A stretch of DNA of 42,429 bases from Octopus bimaculoides (Eukaryota), in assembly GCF_001194135.2 (NCBI RefSeq), contig NC_068988.1, forward strand, positions 41,520,904 to 41,563,332. The letters run 5' to 3'. Positions 1-11,439 of this stretch are shown here, piece after piece. The position numbers were made by a program, and so were the translations under genes. The notes under the pieces are model-generated. The model made no database searches. It was given only the letters and a program-made list of their open reading frames with translations, and was not told where the DNA came from. How positions within the stretch are numbered: position 1 is the stretch's first letter; each line of letters begins with the position of its first letter.

Positions 1-890
1 ACACACACACACACACACACACACACATTCACATACACCCCTTTTACATACACACATATATTCACACAGAGTTGAAACGCTGTTTGATTCATTTTTTCAG
101 AGTGTAAACTTGTGATGACCCCTCGTCAAGGTAAACTTACGTACAAATGTCACGACATGCACAAATGTTTAGAATACGGTGGTGTACCACCGAAATGGCC
201 ATAGGTGTTGTACGTGGTTTTCGTGAAATTGATTTTACTGATTGATATCTGCTGGGTGCTGTAATTGTATTTTGACCCGTGTGTTGTGAACTTTTTGGAC
301 ATGGTGAGCGGAATTAAATTTTACATGTTTTACCTGCTGATACCTGCTGGGTGCCTGTTATTCACTCTTGTATATACCTAACTGGTGCGGACTTGCCTAT
401 TGGTGTCTCCTGCTTTTCAGTTGTAAAATGTGCCCGAGGGAGATGAAGAACTTTGAGCTTTAACTCTAAATGGTGTTAAATCATTTCTGTCCTTGATTTT
501 TAACCGATGGACTACTTTGTGGTACCTCATTTCTTTATTTTATTTTACTTTATTCTATATCGACCTATATTATATTATATATTTGAAATTTTTATTCCTT
601 TTATTCGTATTAATTTTTATTTGTATTTATTTTAACTTCTATGAAATGATATTTACTCAATTTTTTTCATTTGTATGTTATCGGTTGAAACAATATAAAA
701 CTTTATACTATATGTTCTATTTCTTGCATCTTACTTCTTTTATATTTCTTATTCTTTTATTTATTATCTCTTCTTACGTTATATCTTCTTATTCCTTATG
801 TTTGACGGACTATGTTGCATATCTTATATATGTTCCTTGAGGGGGTGTGATATGTTGAGTCGTTAACCCAGCGTTTTTATTCTATAACTA

Positions 891-929
<39 letters not shown>

Positions 930-2474
930 NNNNNNNNNNNNNNNNNNNNNNNNNNNNNNNNNNNNNNNNNNNNNNNNNNNNNNNNNNNNNNNNNNNNNNN
1001 NNNNNNNNNNNNNNNNNNNNNNNNNNNNNNNNNNNNNNNNNNNNNNNNNNNNNNNNNNNNNNNNNNNNNNNNNNNNNNNNNNNNNNNNNNNNNNNNNNNN
1101 NNNNNNNNNNNNNNNNNNNNNNNNNNNNNNNNNNNNNNNNNNNNNNNNNNNNNNNNNNNNNNNNNNNNNNNNNNNNNNNNNNNNNNNNNNNNNNNNNNNN
1201 NNNNNNNNNNNNNNNNNNNNNNNNNNNNNNNNNNNNNNNNNNNNNNNNNNNNNNNNNNNNNNNNNNNNNNNNNNNNNNNNNNNNNNNNNNNNNNNNNNNN
1301 NNNNNNNNNNNNNNNNNNNNNNNNNNNNNNNNNNNNNNNNNNNNNNNNNNNNNNNNNNNNNNNNNNNNNNNNNNNNNNNNNNNNNNNNNNNNNNNNNNNN
1401 NNNNNNNNNNNNNNNNNNNNNNNNNNNNNNNNNNNNNNNNNNNNNNNNNNNNNNNNNNNNNNNNNNNNNNNNNNNNNNNNNNNNNNNNNNNNNNNNNNNN
1501 NNNNNNNNNNNNNNNNNNNNNNNNNNNNNNNNNNNNNNNNNNNNNNNNNNNNNNNNNNNNNNNNNNNNNNNNNNNNNNNNNNNNNNNNNNNNNNNNNNNN
1601 NNNNNNNNNNNNNNNNNNNNNNNNNNNNNNNNNNNNNNNNNNNNNNNNNNNNNNNNNNNNNNNNNNNNNNNNNNNNNNNNNNNNNNNNNNNNNNNNNNNN
1701 NNNNNNNNNNNNNNNNNNNNNNNNNNNNNNNNNNNNNNNNNNNNNNNNNNNNNNNNNNNNNNNNNNNNNNNNNNNNNNNNNNNNNNNNNNNNNNNNNNNN
1801 NNNNNNNNNNNNNNNNNNNNNNNNNNNNNNNNNNNNNNNNNNNNNNNNNNNNNNNNNNNNNNNNNNNNNNNNNNNNNNNNNNNNNNNNNNNNNNNNNNNN
1901 NNNNNNNNNNNNNNNNNNNTGAGACACAGACAGATGTATATATACATATATATATATGGGGAGAGAGAGAGAGAGAGGGGGAGAGTGAGAGAGAGAGAGA
2001 GAGACTGAGACACAGACAGATGTATATATACATATATATATATGGGGAGAGAGAGAGAGAGAGGTAGAGAGAAAGAGAGAGAGAGAGAAAGAGAGAGAGA
2101 GATAGAGAGAGAGAGTAGATTAGTGATAGCGAACCGAATCTAAGCTAAAAGTTTTAACAATCTAAGTGGAACATTTGTACACTGTGAGTGCACAAAAACT
2201 TAACCGACAATTGCTGCTATGACTTTATTCCTATGGCAAACAAATGGAAAAATAGACTTCAAATATATCATATAAAGAAAATATGGAATATTCAACACAA
2301 ATCATGTATTGTGTCATCTACATGTTTCGTTGCCTATACATCTTATCAGCCACTGTTGAACTGTTTGTTGTTTAGTCACGCAGTATGTAGTAGGCATCAT
2401 GAATAAGTAGTATTCAAATCGACTAGGAACAGGCGAATCGACAAATCAGTAACAGTGTATCACTGGGAAATAAT

Positions 2475-2683
2475 CCTTTCTGTTAAAGGCACAAGGCCTG
2501 AAAATTTAGTGGGAGAGGACTAGTTGATACCAGTGTTCCACTGGTACATGATTTATTGACCCTAAAAGGATGAACGGCAAGGTCAACCTCGGCGGAATTT
2601 GGACTCAGAACGTCTCGACAGGCGAAATTCTGCTAAGCATTCAGTCCTGCGTGCTAACGATTCTGCTAGTTCACCGCCTTATT
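2475..2683 (-). mobile_element. tRNA-derived SINE (abundant octopus-type family) with 13-bp target-site duplication
   Basis: The minus strand reads aggcggtgaactagcagaatcgttagcacgc... with A-box-like and B-box-like (gttctgagtccaaattcc) segments. A perfect direct repeat actgggaaataat flanks it at 2462-2474 and 2684-2696. Confidence 0.85.
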
Positions 2684-2735
2684 ACTGGGAAATAATAGCA
2701 GAAATAATAACATAGAATTTTGCCGTTACAATAAT

Positions 2736-3062
2736 TTTCAGTGATTAGAGTGTCGGTAATCATGAAGTAATGAGTTAGATTCCCGGTTCAGGCTGTGTGT
2801 TGTGTTCCTGAGCAACATACTTTATTTCATGTTACTCCAGGTTACTCAGCTGTAGAAATGAGTTGCGATGTCACTGGTGCCCAGTTATATCGGCTTTTGC
2901 TTTTCACTTGGATAGGATCGGTGATATGGAGAGGGGAGGTTGGTATGGGTGACTGCTGGTCTTCCATAAACAACCTTGCCCGCATTTGTGCATCGGAGGG
3001 TAAGTTCTTGGTGCAATCTCATTGTTATTCATAACCGAAAGGAGTTTTTACCTTTTACCCTT
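2736..3062 (+). mobile_element. tRNA-headed SINE with CORE-like central domain
   Basis: A-box-like tcagtgattagag and B-box-like gagttagattcccgg are followed by gtgttgtgttcctgagcaacatacttt...ctcagctgtagaaatgag, which resembles the CORE/MIR central domain. Confidence 0.6.
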
Positions 3063-3462
3063 CGCTGGCTGCCAAACAGAAAGCCTTCTTATTAACGCTA
3101 AAACAAATTTACTATTAAACGACTGATTTTAAGGGTTCTACACTATTTTTGTTAAAGTTGCAAATTTCTACTAAAAATAGGCTACTTCTTTTCTAAAAAC
3201 ATTACTTACTATTGACAGACAAAAATTGTACTTCAAATCTATGATGTTTTGCTTAATGATATTACTATACAATTGCTTCATCTATGTTTTTATGTGCGCA
3301 TTGATGTAACCTCTATATTTTGTATAGCTGTGTTGCGTTTTGAGTGTATATGGGTAGAGTTTGGCGATAAAGTGTGATATATGGATACCCTCTGAACAGT
3401 TAAATGAACAATCATACCACAACGATGTAGATACCGTACATTAGTATTACAAAATTTATTGC

Positions 3463-3532
<70 letters not shown>
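3463..3532. repeat. (TTA/TAA)n microsatellite at the 3' junction of a Dong-like element
   Basis: Perfect trinucleotide run seen directly. Confidence 0.98.
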
Positions 3533-4338
3533 TTCCGATTGATTTACATTTTATTTCATCTTCCAACAGGGTCTCAACCAGAGACCTAAGACTCATATAT
3601 ATCAGATGGAGAAAAAATCCTGAGAATGTGGGCAGTTGATGTCAATACAACTTTTTTAGTTTTGTAGATTGCTTGTTTCCAAGGTATCGGATCAAAAATT
3701 TGTCAGTATCTTCTTGATTATTCCCAGGGCACCTACAACAACAGGGATGGCTTGGATTTTTAATTTCCTCGTCTTAGATATCTCAAGGTCCTTATAATTC
3801 GGCAATTTTCCAAATTCTTTTGCTGAGATGTTTCTATTAATAGGCACTCTCACATCAATTAACAAACATGTTTTTGTCTTAAGTCTTTGATGACGATGTC
3901 TGATCTGTTATCATTTATTTGCCTATCTGTATGTGTCCAATAATCCAATTGGATGGTAACATTCTCTCCATCAGTAACTGACTCTAGACGGCGTTCATAC
4001 CAGTTTTTAGGCGGCGGGATGTCATAGTGACGGCATATGCTCCAGTGTAAGTATTGGTAAACTTAATCATGAATAGTTTTATATAATGTAGGGGCAACGG
4101 CTAAGCAACAGGCAACAATGTGGTCAATACTCCCAAGTTTGTCATTGTAGAGTCTACATCGTGTGTCTAACCTCATTGTGTGTGACATTAGCTGGATTGT
4201 TCCGAGTGGGGAGACTCTGATCTTGTGCTGCTCAGATAAATCCTTGTTTCAACTTTCAAACCAACAATCTGCTGTCACTGATGAGATCTTCCCATATCTA
4301 CATCAGCATGGGTATTGGCCATGCAATAGTTTTTCTTT
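3533..4338 (-). mobile_element. 5'-truncated, decayed R4/Dong-like non-LTR retrotransposon (zinc knuckle plus REL endonuclease), copy A
   Basis: Minus-strand translation with stops and frameshifts gives KLLHGQY, CRL..SIDHIVACC, HD*VYQYLHWSICRHYDIPPPKNWY, TDRQINDNRSDIVIKD, CLLIDVRVPINRNISAKEFGKLPNYKDLE, AIPVVVGALGIIKK and TAHILR. It ends directly in (TAA)n. Confidence 0.88.
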
Positions 4339-4471
4339 ATCATCATCATCACTATCATCGTCGTCGTCGTCGTCGTCGTCGTCATCATCGTCATCGTCAT
4401 CGTCATCGTCATCATCATCGTCATCATCATCATCATCATCAACATCATCATCGTCATCGTCGTCGTCGTCG

Positions 4472-4523
<52 letters not shown>

Positions 4524-4560
4524 TGTTGTTATTGTTATTGTTATTATTATTATTATTATT
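4339..4560. repeat. Compound trinucleotide microsatellite (TCA/TCG/TTG/TTA)n between two LINE copies
   Basis: Seen directly; it produces the poly-S/R/H/T ORF artefacts. Confidence 0.97.
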
Positions 4561-5640
4561 GCCTTTGCACAGCTTTTAACGCTGGAGATGTACTACAGTG
4601 TCATCTGTTCACTACTACCAGTGAGCTAAGGTAACACCTCTTATTTTTCTAGCACCTTCCGGTATATTCGAGCGGTTCCAAGCAGTGCTGTTTTCTGCAA
4701 GAGCTCCACCCTTATTGAAGAAACCATGTGTTCCACGCACTTCTCGAGATTTTTGCTCACTGTTCTCAGGGTTCCGACAATTATTGGTACTACTACTACC
4801 TTTTTTATCGATCAAACTGCTTAACTTCCCATGCTAACCTGTCATATCTCTCGACTTTTCTTTCTTCCTTATTGCATACCTTGTCGTCAGGTGAGCATGC
4901 TATATTTATGATCCATTATAGTTTGTTTTCTTTCTCAATTAAGACTATTCTGGCTTCCTATTTTCTATCTCATAGTCGCACTGAATCATAAAATACCATA
5001 GGGTCTTTGCATTTCTATTCTCGACGATACCTTCAGGTTTGTGGTCGTACCAATTTTTTGCTCTGTCAAGTTCATACTTGTTGCAAAGTGTCCAATGGAC
5101 AAGCCTGGCTATATTGTCATGGCGTCTCTTGTATTCCTTCTGGGCTAGTAACGTACATTGGCTGTTAATATGCCATACGGTTTCACCGTTTTGTCCACAG
5201 ATTCTGCACTTATCACTCTCTACTGTGTTGTCTATTCTGTATTTTATGTAGTTTGTTCTTAGGGTTTTCTCTTGGATAGAACAGATTAGAGCCTCCATGC
5301 ACCTATTTCAGTTTTACTCGTTTTCAATTTCTTGTGTAGTGCTTTATCTTTGCAATCTTTCATCCTACGCAAGCCTGACCTTCTTACTTCTAATAATAGC
5401 AGTTCTGTGGCATTATTTACATACTATACTATGTTGTTTTCTTCTGCTCTAATCCTGTGTTTGCATCCAATAAGTCCTCTTTCCCCTCTTTTTCTTGGTA
5501 CATACAGTCTGTCTGTGTCACTTTTTGGGTGGAGTGACCCATATCTAGTTAGCAACTTCCTTATCTTTCTGTCTAAGCTTTTAGTTCGTCTACTGTCCAT
5601 GCGATTACTCCTGCTCCACATCTAAGGAGTGAAACCGCCC
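4561..5640 (-). mobile_element. 5'-truncated R4/Dong-like non-LTR retrotransposon (RT thumb, CCHC, REL), copy B
   Basis: ORF 5424-5621 reads LDRKIRKLLTRYGSLHPKSDTDRLYVPRKRGERGL. ORF 4945-5298 reads CRICGQNGETVWHINSQC..RRHDNIARLVHW..WYDHKPE..RKPE. Downstream frames give VVPIIVGTL and LQKTALLGTARIYRKVL. The 3' UTR abuts (TAA)n at 4560. Confidence 0.92.
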
Positions 5641-5678
5641 GTTGTGGTTGTTGTTGCTATTATTTTATTATGAATATG

Positions 5679-5885
5679 AGCGGTGAATTGGAAAATCTTT
5701 AGAAAGTCGTTGATGAACTTGCGATAGTTGTTGCACCCCTTTACGTTCTGAGCTAAATCAGGTCGAAGTCAACTTTTCCCTTCCTCTCTCTCTGGAGTCG
5801 ACAAAATTAAACAAATATTGGACTCAATATAATCGACAAGTATCTTGCTCAAATTTCAGGTATTGTGTCCATGCTAGAATCAATT
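5679..5885 (+). mobile_element. Decayed tRNA-derived SINE (same superfamily as 2475-2683)
   Basis: gcggtgaattgg...ttacgttctgagctaaatcaggtcgaagtcaactttt...aatcgac matches the SINE body, with a tail aaatttcaggtattgtg. Confidence 0.6.
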
Positions 5886-6439
5886 ATTATGGACATAATG
5901 GAAGAAATAATTGAATGGTAAGTTGATGGTGAATGCCATGAGTAGTTTCGTAGTGTTTGAGCTGTCACTTCTGAACAATAGAAGCACACAGGGCCTTACA
6001 AATGAAACACGATACTCAAGTGATTTGATGAGTTACAGCCATTTGATTGAAAAGTGAACTGACATTTAAGAATTATATACCGGATTGTGTTCATCTAGAA
6101 ATCTCAGAAGTCTGTTAGCATGTGCAAATTCTTGATGCACGTGTATGTATGCGTATGTGTGCGTGTAGAAACAGTATACATATATATACCTACATACATC
6201 CATACATAAGCGTGTGTGCGAGTGTGTATGTATGCATGTATATCCCTGATCAATCAGAAAAATATACAAAGACATTTCTGTTCATGGCCGCCCTGTCTCT
6301 ATTTAAATGCATTTCGGTTTACATTCTTTAATGCGTCCTTCTCTTTTAAGATGGAGTACCAATTAAAAGAGATTTGACTATTATTTCTAGTAAATTGGAT
6401 GACCTATTAGAGTATCCCTTGTTTGCTCATATGCTTAGT

Positions 6440-6523
6440 TTATATCTATCTATTTATCTATCTATCTATCTCTCCTTCTTTCTAGGTCTCTCTCCTCCTG
6501 TGTTTCTCTCCCTTTCTCTGTAA

Positions 6524-6598
<75 letters not shown>

Positions 6599-6960
6599 TG
6601 TGTGTGCGGGAAAGAAAATATATAGTTAGCTACACCAACGCAAAAATATATTTAGGATATATCTATAAATATTGTATGTGTATATGTGTGTGTGTGTGTG
6701 CGTGTGCGTGTGTGTGCGTGTGTATGTGTATGTGTATGTGTATGCGTGCGTGTGTGCAAGTGTTCGTGTATATGTATGTGTAAGTATGTGTGTGTGTGTG
6801 TGTGTGTGCATGTGTGAGTGTATGTTTGTGTTTATGTCGTATATGCACGTAAGCGTTTGTATGTATATGAATACGTATTTATATTTGTTCATGCGAAATG
6901 AAATTCTCTTGGGACATATTGCTTTGCGTTGCGTGTATATGCTTGTGTGAGAGAGTGTGT
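6440..6960. repeat. Mixed (CTAT)/(TG)/(AG)/(TGTA) microsatellite block
   Basis: Seen directly. Confidence 0.95.
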
Positions 6961-7689
6961 GTATATGCGTGAGCCAGTGAGTGAGCGCGTTTGTGTGAAT
7001 TGCTCAGGATCCTTCCAGTAATATAAACCGAACTCTTTAGATAGAGCCACAGCTGAATAAAACATTGTCGCCTGCTTTCTGTTTAATCAACGTCAACAGA
7101 ACCATTGGTAACCAAGGCTGTTGCATCGAACATGCCAAATATAGCGGACTATTAACGAGGAGGTTGTTAGTTGTGTAGCCGCAGGTCAGTACTAATCTGC
7201 TGGACTTATGGTAATTCTAACCACATCCTTACTGTAATTTCCAATCTTTCATCTTACATTATATTATGAAATATGTCCTTCCAGTTTCTATTGTTTGTTT
7301 ATTTGATTTAGTTTTGTAAAAAAAAAAAATATTCCCACCCAGTCCTGCTACTTCGTAGACCTGGTGATATGCCGGATTTTCGGGGTGCAGATGATCTCAG
7401 AATGTATGTGTGCGTGAAGATGGGGTGGGTCTCGTTATGTTATTTTTTTTTTACTTTATTTTGTTTATCTTTTTTTCTCTATCTCTTTTTTGCCGTTCGA
7501 CCGATATCATTGTTGATCTCTTTTGCGCGCCCCAACACCTAGACCACCACCACCACCACCACCACCTATTTATGTATGTTTTTTCACATCTTGTAGTTTT
7601 CACACTGTACATCTCTAAATATCTTCACTTCACTAGGCAATTTGAATGTCTTATATGTCTGCTATGTTTATGCATGAGAGAATCAGAAG

Positions 7690-7838
7690 AGCATCGGGTA
7701 AAATGATGTGCGATATTTAGTCACGTCTCTTTATGCACTGAGTTCAAATACTGCCGATGTTGAGTTGGTATTTTCGCCTTCTGGTTTCGATAGAATAGTT
7801 GCCCTATGTCACAAATAGTTATTAGTAGGGCTTATTGG
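7690..7838 (+). mobile_element. Decayed SINE fragment
   Basis: gcgatatttagtc...ctgagttcaaatactgccgatgttgagttggtattttcgcc resembles the same SINE B-box region. Confidence 0.45.
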
Positions 7839-7840
7839 TA

Positions 7841-8057
7841 CAAGAGAGTGCTGAAAAGTTCTTGACTTTAAGGGTATCGCGAAAGACCTGGCTGGAGGCC
7901 CAACCTTCCGAGTTCTTTTACAGGGCTTAGAAAAACTGAAGGACCGCTGCAATAGGTGTGTGAATCTGGAAGGAAAATATGTTGGATAAAATCATAAGTA
8001 ACTCATCCTTCTGTATTTTCTTTTACCCAAATCCAGGAACTTTTCAGTACCCCCTCG
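7841..8057 (+). mobile_element. Mariner-derived MITE (internal deletion derivative)
   Basis: TA dinucleotides flank it at 7839-7840 and 8058-8059. The 29-bp TIRs are caagagagtgctgaaaagttcttgacttt and the reverse complement cgagggggtactgaaaagttcctggattt (22/29 identical). The interior encodes QGLEKLKDRCNRCVNLEGKYVG*, a mariner transposase C-terminus. Confidence 0.85.
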
Positions 8058-8059
8058 TA

Positions 8060-8205
8060 ACATCGGTAGATCGCTACTCCAAAATGTTGCCAGTATTTAA
8101 TTACGATGCGTTACGTTATGAGTTCAAGTTACTTTTAGGTAAACTTTTCCTTTTATCCTTTCGGAGCCGATAACTTAAGTACTCGTAATGTGCTGAGATT
8201 CAGTA
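8060..8205 (+). mobile_element. Decayed SINE fragment
   Basis: gttacgttatgagttcaagtt...ccttttatcctttcggagccgataacttaagtac matches the SINE body. Confidence 0.55.
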
Positions 8206-8329
8206 TAAACAGGAAATGCTTTACAATACCCATGCGTGGACTGGTTTCTATATAAGAGTTGATAAGAATGCTATTTTGTTTCCTTTTGATTTTATTGTTA
8301 TATTAGATTAGCTGTTATTAATTTTCATC

Positions 8330-8661
8330 AAAACTAATTTTTATTCGAGAGAGTTCTATAAAAGAAAGAAGAAAAAAAACGAAACGAAACGAAACCAAAA
8401 CAAAACGAAAAATAGAAGTAAAATGAAGACATTGTATTTACTAATAAAAGAATAATCAAAACAGCAACAGTAACGACAACAATGGTAATAACAAGAACCA
8501 CACCACTAACATCAACGGCAACGAAAGCAACTGTAGAAAGACAAATAATATCAACGCAAACAAGAACACCATCATAAACCAAAAAAAAGTAATATCAGAA
8601 GAAACAAAACAACGTAGTAGCAACAACAACAACAACAACAACAACAACAACNNNNNNNNNN

Positions 8662-8692
<31 letters not shown>

Positions 8693-8990
8693 GCAGCAGC
8701 AGCAGTATTCTCCAAAAAGAAATGAAAGCAACAATGATTAAAGGATAAATGACATCAGATCAATGAATCGCAAGTTATTTTGATAATGGAGGGCGGGAAC
8801 ATGATGGACAGCAACGGAAAGATTTCTGGAGATTTCCTCAAATATAGAAAAGAAAAAGAAAACAAAAACAAAAAGCAACAGCAAAATAATGAACAACAAC
8901 AACAACAACAACAACAATTATAAACAACAACGAACAAAATAAAACAAACAAAAGAAAAGCAAAAAAAAAAAAAAAGAAGGAAGAAATAAT
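8330..8990. repeat. Degenerate (CAA/CAG/TAA)n and A-rich low-complexity region
   Basis: Seen directly; includes a 10-N gap. Confidence 0.85.
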
Positions 8991-9418
8991 AGCGGAAAAA
9001 GCGAACCTACAGTGGAAAGCCAAATGTGTAATTTTGTTTGAATTGAAGTAATTAAAACTAACAGATCTATTTAAACGAAGTAAATCAGATATTTTTAAGT
9101 GCAGATTTACCGGAAATATTGATTGTTTTTTAGAATAGCCAGGACAGGAAAGCAAATGATATATATATATATAAAAAATCATATGTATATGTGTATGCTG
9201 ATGTACACACACACACACACACACACACATCGTCGAAACGCCGGTATTAAAACGTGGGTAGCTGATGAAGTAGAATGTTCTCTATGTGGCTTGTGTGTTT
9301 TCTCTTCTACGTTTGTTTGCAATGTCCTGTACCCAGGTATGCACCTATACATACAGGTGGATGTCGGTATGCACATACCTGTACGTATATATGCATATAC
9401 TAATTTACTATTTGTTTT

Positions 9419-9468
<50 letters not shown>

Positions 9469-11439
9469 ATCATATGTACATGTGTATGCTGATGTACAAA
9501 TATATATATATATATAGGTGAGAAAGTTGGTATGTGAAAGCACGTGGTTGGATGTATAAAAGATAATAAGAGTGAAAAAACTACAGAAGGCTTGTGTTAC
9601 ATGGTTAAAGTATATGTTTAAATTATGTCAGAAAAAATGTTATAAAATCTTTTTGGTATATAAACATACTATTTTGAGAAATAACCGGTTTCGTGTTGTC
9701 TTTTCAAATTTCTCTACTTCATTGTAACGTGTTCGCTCCAGTCTGAAAAGAAATATATATATATGTACACATATATGTTATCTGTATGATATACGCATAA
9801 TATTTATTAAGTGTATACATTACACACAAACACACACATTCACGCGCGCGCACACACACATATGTATGTATATATGTAAATAATGTGTGTCTGTGCGTGT
9901 GTGTGCACATACACACACACATATATGTGTCCGAATTTATGTATGTATATGTATGTAAGTATGTACGTATATATAAATATATATATTTGAAGGTTTGGAG
10001 GTGATGTACAGAAATTATATAGAAAAAAACTTTTAATTAAGGTACTCAGAAACCTGGATGTTTGTACATTTACAGATTTTTATTAATGTCACATTAAATG
10101 AAGCGCTTTTCACCTAGTCGTGTAGGTTTTTCAAATTGTATATATGCATATATATATATATATATATATATGGGAGAATATACAAAAAATAACAACAAAC
10201 GAGGACAGGTGGTGTAAATAACAAAAGTATATATTAGTATATAAAGTATATATATATATATATATATATGCATGTATGTATATGTATATATATATGTATA
10301 TATATATGTATGTATCTATATATATATATATTTATGTATGTATATGTATATATATATATATCCGTGTATATTTGTATCTATACATGTATATATGTATGTA
10401 TCCTTCCGTGTATGATACTTAATGTTAATACATTCTGAAAGACAAATTAAATGTTGTTTTCGTTCTAAAATATCTCTTATGAGCATATTGCTTTTTAAGA
10501 CACAATACACGTCACAGGCAGACAAAAAAGTCTCCCTGCAATGGCTGGTGAAAATGCTAAATGCATGCCTAGCCGAAATTTACCGCCGATGGATTTTTAT
10601 CCAGCTGGTTAGCTATTTGCAACATCAGTGATTGTTTTTCACTGTTTTTCTACATCGGTAGCGGAAAATTACCTCTAAGCGTGCAAATGGCTTTTGACAA
10701 TGTTTAAGGAAGCATAAATGCACCTAGCATTCTCAGTAGCCGCTGCTGTGACGATGTTCCTCTGCCTCTGATATATGTATCATGTTTCTTAACATACACG
10801 CGCACAACAGATATTATCTCAGGACGAAAACCGCAGTAAATTTTCCTTTCACGATGTATTTACATTAAGTATGCTATACAGATATTAATTTTATCTTAAT
10901 ACTGTTTCCGTTGCTTAGAGCTGATAGGTATAATTGTACAATGAACCACTCTGATAATAGTGGTTGTAAAGTGCTCACTACTGGAAGGAGATTAATAATG
11001 AATTTGATAAAGAATGTAAATGAATAAATCCAAAATTATTATTCTATCATTGTAGATTCTCCTTCTGAATCTTCAGAAATAGTAGCACTGAAACGAAATT
11101 AATTGTTGAAATATTGCTTATATGGAAAGCAAAAATTTAGGGAATAGTGAGAGGAATGGTTGTAGAGAAAGTAAAGCATCATGCGATTGTAGGAATAAAG
11201 TCGTTGTAGAAATATTAACAAACGTTGTAGAAATATTAACAAAGACAGGTTTGAGAGAGTAGAATGTGTACGAAAATGAGAGAAAATGTTATAAAAAATG
11301 TAAAATGACAGACAAATAAAAGTTTTAGAATATTCAGTGATGTAGACAGATGATACAGTAAAATATCTTCGAAATGGAGAACATGTAAATGGGATAGTTA
11401 GTAAAGAGTTTTTCAAAATATTGAATCAGTACTGTAGAC

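Noticed and set aside
105-150. gtgatga-ccct..agg-taaac..gta as a hammerhead
   Set aside because: C3 is missing, G12 is replaced and stem I has only 3 bp; it is too degenerate to distinguish from chance.
493-840. 115-aa F/L/Y/I-rich ORF resembling a membrane or mitochondrial protein
   Set aside because: It is T-rich low-complexity sequence with no recognisable motif and no neighbouring mitochondrial genes, so a NUMT is not supported.
5860-5923. 58-nt open cassette with ttcAG acceptor and ATG|GTAAGT donor
   Set aside because: The acceptor and first half lie in a SINE tail and the peptide is unrecognisable; at best it is a cryptic exon.
9229-9275. GAAAC..CTGATGA in permuted (type II-like) order
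   Set aside because: There is no room for stem I, the triplet would be GUG and stem II does not pair.
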